This document shows positions 50,985 to 62,300 of a stretch of DNA of 64,000 nt, in pieces. The notes under the pieces are model-generated. The model was not told the origin of the DNA. It ran no database searches and was given only the letters and a program-made list of their open reading frames with translations. The position numbers were made by a program, and so were the translations under genes. Within the stretch, counting starts at the first letter, position 1; every line of letters starts with the position of its first letter. The stretch comes from Leucoraja erinacea (Eukaryota), in contig NC_073396.1 in NCBI RefSeq assembly GCF_028641065.1, positions 372,001 through 436,000 of the forward strand, read 5' to 3'.

Positions 50985-52157
50985 ATGCCACAGGGCTCAG
51001 TGCAGGGACCCCAGTTATTTACAATATATATTAACAATTTAGACAAAGGAATTAAATGTAACATCTCCAAGTTTGTGGATGACACAAAGCCAGGTGGCAG
51101 TGTGAGCTGAGAGGAGGATGCTATGAGGCTGCAGGGCGACTTGGATAGGTTGGGTGAGTGGGCAGATGCAGTATAATGGGGATAAATGTGAGGTTATCCA
51201 CTTTGGTGGAAAGAACAAGAAGGCAGATTATTACCTGAATGGTGTCAGGTTAGGAAAAGGGGAGGTGCAACTAGATCTGGGTTACCTTGTTCATGTCACT
51301 GAAAGTAAGCATGCAGGTAGTGAAGAAAGCTAATGGCATGTTGGCCTTCATAGCGAGAGGATTTTAGTATATGAGCAGAGATCCTACTGCAGTTGTACAG
51401 GGCCCTGGTGAGACCACACCTAGAGTATTGTGTGCAGTTTTGGTATCCTAATTTGTGGAAGGGCATTCTTGCTATTGAGGGAGTGCAGCGTGGGCTCATC
51501 AGGTTAATTCTCGGGATGACAGAAGATGAAAGAATGGATTGACTGAGCAAACAGTGTATTCACTGGAATTTGGAAGGATGAGAGGGTATCTTATAGAAAC
51601 ATATAACATTCTTAAGGGATTGGACAGTCTAGATGCAGTAAAAATATTCCCGGTGTTCGGGGAGTCCAGAACCAGGGGCCACAGTTTAAGAATAAGGGGT
51701 CGGCCATTTAGTACAGAGATGAGGAAACACATTTCGACCCAGAGAGTTGTGAATCTGTGGAATTCTCTGTCACAGAAGGCAGTGGAGGCCAATTCACTGG
51801 ATGTATATAAGAGAGAGTTGGATAGAGCTCTTGGGCTAAGGTAGACACAAAGTGCTGGAGTAACTCAGCGGGTCAGGAAGCATCTCTGGATAGAAGGAAT
51901 GGGTGACGTTTCGGGTCGAGACCCCTCTTCAGACTGATCATGTAGATCTAAGGGCTAACAGAATCAAGAGATATAGGGAGAAAGCACGAACGGGGTACTG
52001 ATACCTTTCACTGTACCTTAATTGGTACATGTGATAATTAAATTAAATTGAATCTTGAATCTTGATTTGGATGATCAGCCATGATCATACTGAATGGCGG
52101 TGCTGGCTCAAAGGGCCAAATGGCCTATTCCTGCACTTATTTTCTATGTTTCTATGT
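50985..52157 (+). mobile_element. Decayed CR1 LINE (RT motif to 3'UTR) with a nested Penelope end (about 51842-51940) and a short LINE tail
   Basis: PQGSVQGPQLFTIYIN, SKFVDDTK, LVRPHLEYCVQFW, TRGHSLRI, (tttctatg)n tail. Confidence 0.92.
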
Positions 52158-52429
52158 TAAATTCAGGACTGAAGTTCTGAGAAGAAATTCCTTTACCCGA
52201 AGGCTGGTGAATATTTGAAAATCTCTACTTCAGAGAAGTGTGATGGGGCAAATGCAGTGTTTAATCAGAGATCAACAGTTATTTGGATGGGGTAGTGCAG
52301 GAATGTGGCACCGTTAAAAGATTATGATCTTCTAACTCGCCGAATAGGTGTAAGGAGTTTACTTCTATTTCTGGAAAACACAAGAGACTGGAGATCTTGA
52401 GTAAGAAAAAAAACAAAGTGCTGAATAGT

Positions 52430-53838
52430 GCACCCACCTGTACCCGTACCCACCTGTATCCGTGCCCACCTGTACCCGTGCCCACCTGTACCCGTGCCCA
52501 CCTGTACCCGTGCCCACCTGTACCCATCCCACCTGTATCCGTGCCCACCTGTACCCACACCCATCTGAACCCGCGCCCACCTGTACCCACACCCACCTGT
52601 ACCCACGCCCACCTGTACCCGCGCCCACCTGTACCCGCGCCCACCTGTACCCGTACCCACCTGTACCCGTACCCACCTGTACCCGTACCCCCCACCTGTA
52701 CCCACACCCACCTGTACCCACACCCACACCCACCTGTACCCGCCCCACCTGTACCCACACCCACCTGTACCCACACCCACCTGTACCCGTGCCCACACCC
52801 ACCTGTACCCACACCCACCTGTACCCACACCCACCTGTACCCGCCCCACCTGTACCCACACCCACCTGTACCCACACCCACCTGTACCCGTGCCCACACC
52901 CACCTGTACCCACACCCACCTGTACCCACACCCACCTGTACCCGTGCCCACACCCACCTGTACCCACACCCACCTGTACCCACACCCCACCTGTACCCAC
53001 ACCCACACCCACCTGTACCCCCACACCCACCTGTACCCCACCCACTGTACCCACACCCACCTGTACCCACACCCACCTGTACCCACACCACTGTACCACC
53101 CACCTGTACCCACACCCACACCCACCTGTACCCACACCCCACCCACCTGTACCCACACCACCCTGTACCCACACCCACACCCACACCCACCTGTACCCAC
53201 ACACCTGTACCCACCCACCTGTACCCACACCCACCTGTACCCACACCCACCTGTACCCACACCCACCTGTACCCACACCCACCTGTACCCACACCCACAC
53301 GTACCCACACCCACACCCACCTGTACCCACACCCACCTGTACCCACCACACACCCACCTGTACCCACACCCACCTGTACCCCTGTACCACACCCCTGTAC
53401 CCACACCCACCTGTACCCACACCCACCTGTACCCGCGCCCACCTGTACCCTGTACCGCCCACCTGTACCCACACCCTGTACCCTGTACCTGTACGCGCCC
53501 ACCTGTACCCGCGCCCACCTGTACCCACACCCACCTGTATCCACACCCACCTGTACCCACGCCCACCTGTACCCACGCCCACCTCTACCCGCACCCACAC
53601 CCACCTGTACCCACACCCCCGTACCCACGCCACCTGTACCCCGCCACCTGTACCACCACCCCACACCCACCTGTACCCACCACCCCTGTACCCACACCCA
53701 CCTGTACCCACACCCACCTGTACCCACACCCACCTGTACCCACACCCACCTGTACCCACACCCACACCCACCTGTACCCACACCCACCTGTACCCACGCC
53801 CACCTGTATCCGCGCCCACCTGTACCCACACCCACCTG
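52430..53838 (-). repeat. 1.4-kb minisatellite, 16-bp unit GGTACAGGTGGGTGTG (minus strand), starting at the COQ7 exon 1 donor
   Basis: Directly visible (CACCTGTACCCACACC on +). Confidence 0.97.
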
Positions 53839-54051
53839 TATGAGCGGCCCGGCCGCGGAGCCGCCCAGCACGGCCATCTGACCCGCGTAGATGCGGATGG
53901 CGCCGAACTCGCCCGCCTGATCCACCCGGAGGATGCGGCCTAGTAGCTGCCGCTGGGCCCGGCTGCCAAGGGCCCGCCGCTGTAGCAGCTGCCAGCCGAG
54001 CGCGGCGCCCCGGGCCAGCAGCGGGCCGGAGTGGGCGACCACTCGCTCCAT
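53836..54051 (-). CDS. COQ7: COQ7 (5-demethoxyubiquinone hydroxylase) coding exon 1: targeting peptide plus RVDQAGEFGAIRIYAGQMAVLG
   Basis: 72 codons from ATG 54051, COQ7 di-iron helix motif, donor CAG|gtgggt in phase 0. Confidence 0.93.
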
Positions 54052-54939
54052 CAGGTCGCTGCTAGCTCACGGCCAGAGGTCACCGGGTCCTGCACCCTGC
54101 GGTGGCCGTGCAGCTGCCTGTGTCTACCACCCCCAACCCGGAGCCCACAACCCTGTCACAGTGTCAGTCGGCAATGCAGGCGGTGGCAGTTTGCTCCGTG
54201 CAGTGAGAACATGTAGTTTATTTATATTTAAAATACGAATCCCTTCATTCCCACTGAAAGACCCAGCGCCCGCCCCTCCCCTTGGTCAGCGCCGCACCAA
54301 CGCCGCCTGCTGATTGGCCGCGGGGACCGTCACTCACAGCGGCCATGCTCGTCCCGCCCCCGTTGCCAACCCCGCCCCTGCACCGCCCATAGTGCCCCGC
54401 CCCCGCACCAACCCCGCCCCAAACACACTGGCCCCGCCCATAGTGCCCCGCCCCCGCCCGCCCCGCCCCCTCGCAGTGCCGTGACGACCACTGGCCCCGC
54501 CCATAGTGCCCCGCCCCCGCACTAACCCCCGCCCCCGCACTAACCCCGCCCCAAACACACTGGCCCCGCCCATAGTGCCCCGCCCTCGCACCAACCCAAC
54601 CCCCCCCCGCAGTGCCCCGCCCCCCCAGTGCCGTGACGACCACTGGCCCCCCCAACCCCCCCCCCGCACCAACCCCGCCCCCTCGCAGTGCCGTGACGAC
54701 CGCTGGCCCCGCCCCCGCACTAACCCCGCCCCCGCACCAACCCCGCCCCCCGCGTGCCGTGACGACCATTGGCCCCGCCCCCGTATTGCCCTGGCGACCA
54801 CTGGCCACGCCCCACCTTCGCCCCGCCCCCGCGTTGCCCTGGCGACCACTGGCCACGCCCCCAACCTCGCCCCGCCCCCGCGTTGCCCTGGCGACCGGCC
54901 TCTGCCTTGCCCCGGGTGAGGCCCGACACTGACTCTGCT
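54052..54939. promoter_or_regulatory. CpG-island bidirectional promoter (COQ7 / unnamed + strand gene) with GC-box repeats, CCAAT and X-box-like motifs
   Basis: Very GC- and CpG-rich; many CCCCGCCC; ATTGG at 54313-54317; (G/A)TTGCCCTGGCGAC at 54785, 54833 and 54882; divergent ATGs at 54051 (-) and 54940 (+). Confidence 0.8.
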
Positions 54940-54986
54940 ATGGCCGTCTCCTCCAACCATGTCATTCATGCCGTCGCCAAACACTT
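54940..54986 (+). CDS. Unnamed gene exon 1 (MAVSSNHVIHAVAKHL)
   Basis: GCTATGG Kozak-like start at the island edge, donor TT|gtaagt (phase 2). Confidence 0.7.
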
Positions 54987-55513
54987 GTAAGTCAGTTTCA
55001 TTCACACAATATTTCCGTTTCTAAATGATGCTTTCCATAGTTAGTTTGAGGTTATTTGTGACAGAAGTCTAAAGCTTTGAAGAAGGGTGTCACCTATCCA
55101 TGTTCTCCACAGATGCTGCCCTGCCTGACCCGCTGCGTTACTCCAGCACTCTGTGTCTGTCTCCTATACTAGGGGCTACTTCACCCTTCAGTCTGTCTGT
55201 CTGTCAGCCGGCAGGCCTTTGAGATGTGAGAAGAAACCAGAGTATGCAGGAGAACTTAATGTTGTGCATGCCCCAAACCCCATGAAAACCTAACCCCATT
55301 GTATCTCCAGCTGAGCTAGATTGAAAAATAATTAGGCGACATGATCCATTTGTCTCTACATACATGCAAGTTTTAAATAAACCAGCATTGAGTCAATTAA
55401 AAGCAGTTATTTCATTGTAGTAAATTTACAAATTCAAGGGAAAACATAATTTAAAAAATGTTTACTGTTATTTCAAGCATATAATTACTATTTTTTCCCT
55501 TTGTTACATATAG

Positions 55514-55604
55514 GAAATATTATATTGACATACAACGGAAAGAAGATGGCTTTAACCTCTCTGGAATTGATGCACCTCACACGCACAACCCTAATTGTAA
55601 ACCT
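55514..55604 (+). CDS. Unnamed gene exon 2 (KYYIDIQRKEDGFNLSGIDAPHTHNPNCKP)
   Basis: Polypyrimidine tract plus tag acceptor, 91 nt, gtaagt donor, phases 2->0, open in the required frame. Confidence 0.75.
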
Positions 55605-56217
55605 GTAAGTTTTCTAAGATATAGTGAGGTGAAAGTTTTTTTCCATCAGGACCAACATGCTTCTTGTCTCATATGGGCTGTGATATATTTTTATTTGATC
55701 TTGGTAGATTTTTAGCATCAAGTTGGTTTGCCACAAAGATCAATTTCATTCATAAAAAAGAACAATTATTGGAAGTACTCTTATAGAACGTGGAAAGAAT
55801 GAACTTATCCAGTGCAACAGAATTGGAAAAGTGGGAAAATAAATTGATAATAGGGGAGGCATGAATGAGTAATCTCTACTTGGTGAAGGCCAAGGTTGCT
55901 ATGGTGGTTTGCTGTTTGCAAAGTCATTTGTGTGTTAGATTTATGAGGACAGTTGAAGAAGAGAGAACAAATCTTGCTCCACCTTTACGATCTTTCAGTT
56001 AATACAGCTCTTTGAAAATGTTTTGCAAACCTATTTATCTTGGTACCATGTTTCCTTTTTGAATAACTAATTTCCTTGGGCAGTTTACTGTAGAAAGGCC
56101 TGAGCCCTTTAACAAATATTGTTAGCATGTGCGGTGTTCATTAGGTAACATCAATGTTGCAAGGGAGAGAAGTCATAATTATTTGGACTTTTAGACAGAT
56201 TCAATAGATTGTCAGAT

Positions 56218-56583
56218 CTGAAGAAGGGTTTTGACCCGAAACGTTGCCTATTTCCTTTGCTCCATACAAACATAGAAAATAGGTGCAGGAGTAGGCCATT
56301 CGGCCCTTCAAGCCTGCACCGCCATTCAATATGATCATGGCTGATCATCGAACTCAGTATCCTGTACCTGCCTTCTCTCCATACCCCCTGATCCCTTTAG
56401 CCACAAGGGCCATATCTAACTCCCTCTTAAATATAGCCAATGAACTGGCCTCAACTACCTTCTGTGGCAGAGAATTCCACAGATTCACCACTATCTGTGT
56501 GAAATGTAGATGCTGCCTAGCCCGCTGAGTTTCTCCAGCATTTTTGTCTACCTTCGATTTTCCAGCATCTGCAGTTCCTTCTT
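56218..56583 (+). mobile_element. Penelope-type 3' end (hammerhead-like core 56218-56245) split by a minus-strand CR1 3' end (about 56268-56505)
   Basis: ...ctccata | CR1 | tagatgctgcc... restores the contiguous consensus seen at 17259-17271. Confidence 0.82.
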
Positions 56584-56586
56584 AGG

Positions 56587-57325
56587 AGATGCAGCGAGAC
56601 CTGGGTGTCATGGTACACCAGTCATTGAAGGTAGGCATGCAGATGCAGCAGGCATTGAAGAAAGCGAATGGTATGCTAGCATTCATAGCAAAAGGATTTG
56701 AGTATAGGAGCAGGGAGGTTCTACTGCAGTTGTACAGGGTCTTGGTGAGACCACACCTGGAGTATTGCGTACAGTTTTGGTCTCCAAATCTGAGGAAGGA
56801 CATTATTGCCATAGAGGGAGTGCAGAGATGGTTCACCAGACTGATTCCTGGGATGTCAGGACTGTCTTATGAAGAAAGACTGGATAGACTTGGTTTATAC
56901 TCTCTAGAATTTAGAAGATTGAGAGATGATCTTATAGATCCTTACAAAATTCTTAAGGGGTTGGACAGGCTAGATGCAGGAAGTTTGTTCCCGATGTTAG
57001 GGAAGTCCAGGACAAGGGGTCACAGCTTAAGGATAAAGGGGAAATCCTTTAAAACCGAGATGAGAAGAACTTTTTTCACACGGAGAGTGGTGAATCTCTG
57101 GAACCCCTCTGCCACAGAGGTTAGTTGAGCCCAGTTCATTGGCTTTTTTTAAGAGGAGGTTGGTTGTGGCCCTTTGGGCTAAGGGGATCAGGGGTATGGA
57201 GAGAAGGCAGGTACGGGATACTGAGTTGGATGATCAGCCATGATCATATTGAATGGCGGTGCAGGCTCGAAGGGCCGAATGGCCTACTCCTGCACCTAAT
57301 TTCTATGTTTCTCTATGTTTCTATG
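56587..57325 (+). mobile_element. 5'-truncated CR1 LINE
   Basis: ORF 56589-57128 is CR1 ORF2 C-terminus; 3'UTR and (tttctatg)n tail follow. Confidence 0.95.
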
Positions 57326-57627
57326 TTAAACATAATAAGACCATGTTACATATACAACAGATTCCTGAACTACAAGGTTAAATTAGGCTGCTTGTGATGG
57401 CTATGATAAGAATATAACTATTTTTACAACTCATAATTGATCACCAAAAAATAAAAGGAATGAGGCAAAATACTTTCTCTCAGAAGGTGGTAGGAATCTG
57501 GACTTCTTTGGCCGAAAGGATGGTGGAGGGAGAAACTGTCACACATCTAGAAAGTTCTTGTATTTGGAATCGGTAAGCCATGACCTGCAGACCTGTGGAT
57601 GATATGTTGTAAAATGGGATTGGGCAT

Positions 57628-58455
57628 AATAATAATAATAATAATAATAATATTTATTTATATAGCACTTTTCAACAAAACCAGTATTTGAACCAAAGTG
57701 CTTTACAGAGATTGATTAAATTAATTGAACAGATCAATGCAATAAATCCATACAAATCAAAAAAAGAGAAAAAAGAGAAAAAGAAAAAAGACACAGAAAC
57801 AGTACACTATAGAAATCAACATGAAACGTCCCCCCACAGCAGAATTCACTGTGAGGGAAGGCACCAAAAAATATCCAGTTCTCCCCCTCATAGTCCACCC
57901 GAGGTCGGGGCCTATATCTGGCCTCCTCAGCCAGCCCGGTATCTTCAGGCCCTCCTGCCGTGAAGCTGGACCATCGGCGTCGGTGAACGTCCATCAGCGG
58001 CCAGGACTGAAGCGGCCGCTTCCCCCCCGAAGACTGCAACGACCAAAGTTCACAGGCCGCGCCGGCCGAACCCCCGACACTGGCGATCTCGGATCCCAGG
58101 CTCCGCGGTGCTGTCGACGGTCACAGTGCCCCGGAGATTACCGCAAGGCGACCCGGTAAGGCATCGCACGCTCCTTGTAGATGTCCCAGCATCTACACCG
58201 CCGTCGAAGCTGCAGTCCCCGCAGGAAACGCCGCTCCAGCGCTGCTCCAGTTTGACTAGGCCGCACAGAGAGGACGAAGATGCGGTTCGGAGAAAAACCG
58301 CATCTCCGACCAGGTAGAACTGGGGTTAAAATAGTTTCCCCCTTCCCCTCCCCCACCCACCACATAAAAGAAGTCCTCCAATAAACATTTCATACGAACA
58401 GGACTAAAAATAAAAATAAAAAAGGGTGAAAGGACGGACAGCAGGAGGAGCGGCC
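57628..58455 (-). mobile_element. Probable non-autonomous retroelement with an L2-like 3' end and a CpG-rich interior
   Basis: (TTA)n tail and tgtaaagcactttgg...gtgctatataaataaa on the minus strand; GC-rich 57880-58320 with no recognisable protein. Confidence 0.5.
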
Positions 58456-60146
58456 ATAATGGACCAGATTGTTTTGGAGTTGTGAATTTTATATGATTAT
58501 GATCATAAGATTATTAGGATCTGGATGGCTTTTGCCAGCAAAACAAATACTGTCTGGTCCTGAAAAGTAAGGTTGTGTTTGATATATGTCAATTCTGCTT
58601 GCTGTTGGCTTGCTGGCAGAATGTTGTGGCCCTTAGTTCCATAGATCTGACCCAGCCATGTTCCAGATTATTTGACTTGATCACCTCTCTCAATATATTT
58701 GAAAATGAATATCTCTCCATATGTCCACTTGACATCAATAGATCCAAATAACAGGTTGGGTGTATAATAGGCAGCTGATGCCATCATGGCCATTTAGTAC
58801 CGTATCCAAAATGAAATTCCATCTGTTGAAATTGAGAGTAGTTGACCTAAACCATGGCAATAAACGTCGCAATATATGTTAAACGTTTTTGATTAGGTGC
58901 AAGGATGATTAGTAAAATACCTTTGCTTTTTGTGGAATTATTTTTTGAGATTGAAAGAAGAGTGCATGGGATAACAAAATAAATTTCAGGAGAAGTACAT
59001 CAATGGAAAGTATGATTAGAGTGACCTCAGAAGCCAAGTAGAAACAGAACCAGTTACATTGCCATCACAAGAACAAGCGATTGTGCAGTTTATAAATGTG
59101 CCTTGACATGATTAAACATTATGACTTCAAATACATCTGATTAAGGAGGGTAGATCATTATCTTCACCTCTCCACATTTGATTCTTACAAACTTCATGCA
59201 TTGTTTTCTCAGCAAGTCTATACATGCATGTTTCCACAGTCTTTATTTATAGTTAATTTGTTTCTCAATACAAAGTCAGAGTGATTGAGTGTTTCTTTAA
59301 TATGAACTAGTGCCTCCCTCTATAAGAAAACTAAACATATCTTTATTAAGGTAATAAACCTACCTACTGCATTGTTTATCGTAACACCCTGTCAAATCAA
59401 ATCAAAACATTAATAGGAAGAGGAATATAATTGATTTATCAATTAATTATTTTAAACATAATGTGATGATAAATACAATTTGTTTATATGCCTTGTGACA
59501 AACTTCTAATGCGATTCTAATTTTGTGTGTTTGTTTATTTAATGGAGAAAAATACAGAATATATGTGTTACAATTCCACAGTAGTTAATGAGTTTTGTCA
59601 TCCATGGAATGAAGTCAACTCTTAACCACACTTTTATTCAAGTAGCAATGTGATTTGGGAGAAACTGGAAGACAGCATCAAACACTAACACCAATATGAC
59701 TGACCTTTTAACCAAATTTACATTTGGTTATGTGTACATTAGACTCATTTCCTTCTTAGTTCCTAGTGGGAGTTTGTACCAGAGGATGACACAAAGATAG
59801 ACACAAAATGTTGGAGTAACTCAGTGCGACAGGCAGCATCTCTGGAGAGAAGGAATGGGTGATGTTTCTGGTCGAGACCCTTCCTCAGACACAGGATCCA
59901 GGAGTTGTCTTCGTTCACTCCATTTCCTCATTTAATGTAAATTGGTCACTGAAGGAAAGGTTCTCGGTACGGAAAGCTACTCTACCATAGCAATAGACTC
60001 AGAAACCTGATGCACAAAATTTGTGGTGTACTTAATCCAAAGCAAAAGATGTACATGAATTGATTAATACAGTAATTTTGTTGATTTTTCTGATTTTTTG
60101 TGATTAACCATGTATATTTTGTTTTACATTGGACTTTTCTCTGCAG

Positions 60147-60344
60147 CTGCCAATAGTGGGTATTGAAAAAGTCCATGACAGAAGCCTTAAACATTATTTC
60201 AGTGATCCTAATTTTAAAACAATTCTTCAAATGAGCTATGGAAGAACAATTGAAAATCAGAAAAGAAAATTACAATTAAATCACAAAAGGGAAATCAATG
60301 TGCAGAGAATGATCAGGAAAAAAATGTCCAAACTGGATTTTTCA
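60147..60344 (+). CDS. Unnamed gene exon 3 (LPIVGIEKVHDRSLKHYFSDPNFKTILQ...KMSKLDFS); gene continues beyond this exon
   Basis: cttttctctgcag acceptor, 198 nt open in AT-rich DNA, gtaagt donor, phase 0->0. Confidence 0.75.
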
Positions 60345-60799
60345 GTAAGTTTATTTATTCTCTTAATATAGTATTTTAAAAATCTGATAGGTGAAGATAT
60401 TAATTTGCAAGTGTTTCACTATTTTACGTGAAAACAATTAGCAACATGAATGAATGAATAAGTTCATTAGCCAAGTATTCACGTACAAGGAATTTGCCTT
60501 GTTGCTCCGCCCGCAAGTGACATTGACATACAGTGAAAGTTAGGAATGACACATAAAACATTAAACACATATCATCTTTTAAATTGACACTTATTTCAAA
60601 GACAGTTACAGTGAGGAGTTAAGAGAGAATATACGTTGCTGGCAGGGTGCGTTTGAATCACACTCACAATACCTTTTATCGCCACCTCTTCTAGAGTCCC
60701 ACTGTCATCTAATGATATTAAAGCAAAGTTGAACGTATATTTTGAAATCTGTTATTCCATTATAATTTGTGTCTGTTGCATTAAACAATAATTCATGAA

Positions 60800-61070
60800 G
60801 GCACAGCGGTAGAGCTGCTGCCTCACAGTGCCAGAGACCTGTGTTCGATCCTGACTACGGGTGCTGTCTGTACGGAGTTTGTACATTCTCCCCGTGACCT
60901 ACATGGGTTTTCTCCAAGAACTTTAGTTTCCATCCACAGTCCAAAAACTTACACGTTTGTTGGTTAATTGGCTTCAGAAAAAAAATGTAAATTGTCCCTA
61001 GTGTGTGTAGGACAGTGTTAGTGTGCGGGGATCGCTGGTTGGCCGAAGGGCCTGTTTCCACGCTGTACCT
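60800..61070 (+). mobile_element. tRNA-derived SINE
   Basis: gcacagcggtagag...gttcgatcctgactacgggtgctgtctgtacggagtttgtac...ggccgaagggcctgtttcc. Confidence 0.88.
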
Positions 61071-61514
61071 ATATGCTAAATTAACCATTATGCCTGCAAT
61101 GCGGAAGCATTGAAATAAAAACACATTTATAATAAGTAAAAATAAATGGAATCACCTGGAGGCTGAGTAGAATCATCTCCAACAGTTACAAATGCACACT
61201 GAGAGTGGGGATGATCTTGGAGTCACTAGAACCTGGTGGTCAATTAATGTCCACTATCACCATTCACAGCCAGATGTGGCAGCACTCTCGCCTGATCCAG
61301 AGGTTTAGTCAGTCTGCATATAACATTCATTATTGAATTTGTATTTAGTCCTGTATGGTTCATTCACAAGTTGGTACTTCAGATATTCATGTTGCTGCAA
61401 CTGATGTGTTTTGGAACTTTGGGTTGAACAAAGATTGGTCCTTTGGTTTGGTGTATGAAGGATGTGTCAGTCCATGGATATTACCCTGCACCTCCCTATC
61501 TCCCCATTCACATT

Positions 61515-62300
61515 AGAAACATAGAAACATAGAAAATAGGTGCTGGAGTAGGCCATTCGGCCCTTTGAGCCAGCACCACCATTCAATATGATCATGGCTG
61601 ATCATCCAAAATCAGTACCCTGTTCTGGCTTTTTCCCCAGATCCCTTGATTCCCTTAGCCCTAAGATCTAAATCTAACTCTCTCTTGAAAACATCCAGTG
61701 AATTGGCCTCCACTGCCTTCTGTGGCAGAGAATTCCACAGATTCACAACTCTCGGGGTGAAAAAGCTTTTCCTCTTTTCAGTCCCAAATGGCCTACCTCT
61801 TATTCTTAAACTGTGACCCCTGGTTCTGGACTTCCCCAACATCAATAGACAATAGGAGCAGGAGTAGGCCATTCGGCCCTTCGAGCCAGCACCGCCATTT
61901 AATGTGATCATGGCTGATCATCCCCAATCAGTACCCCGTTCCTGCCCTATCTAGCTCTCTCTTGAAAGCATCCAGAGAACCTGCCTCCACTGCCCTCTGA
62001 GGCAGAGAATTCCACAGATTCACAACTCTCTGTGAGAAAAAGTTTCCTCATCTCCGTTCTAAATGGCTTAGTCCTTATTCTTAAACTGTGGCCCTTGGTT
62101 CTGGACTCCCCCAACATCGAGAACATGTTTCCTGCCTCTAGCGTGTCCAAACCCCTAACAATCTTATATGTTTCAATGAGATCACCTCTTATCTTTCTAA
62201 ACTCCAGAGTGTACAAGCCCAGCAGCTCTATTCTCTCAGCATATGACAGTCCCGCCATCCTGGGAATCAACCTTGTAAACCTACGCTGCACTCCCTCAAA
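61515..62300 (-). mobile_element. Two adjacent CR1 3' fragments
   Basis: 61515-61841 has a (tttctatg)n tail; 61843-62300 reads FEGVQRRFTRLIP and has a (ctattgt) tail. Confidence 0.9.

Noticed and set aside
52279-53943. ORFs of 317-590 aa resembling extensin or Gly-rich proteins
   Set aside because: Minisatellite translation; only the first 72 codons of the 590-aa ORF are real COQ7 sequence.
60800-60860. tRNA gene candidates at SINE heads (also 36795, 39995, 45932)
   Set aside because: A/B-box-like motifs are followed by SINE core sequence and no full cloverleaf is evident.
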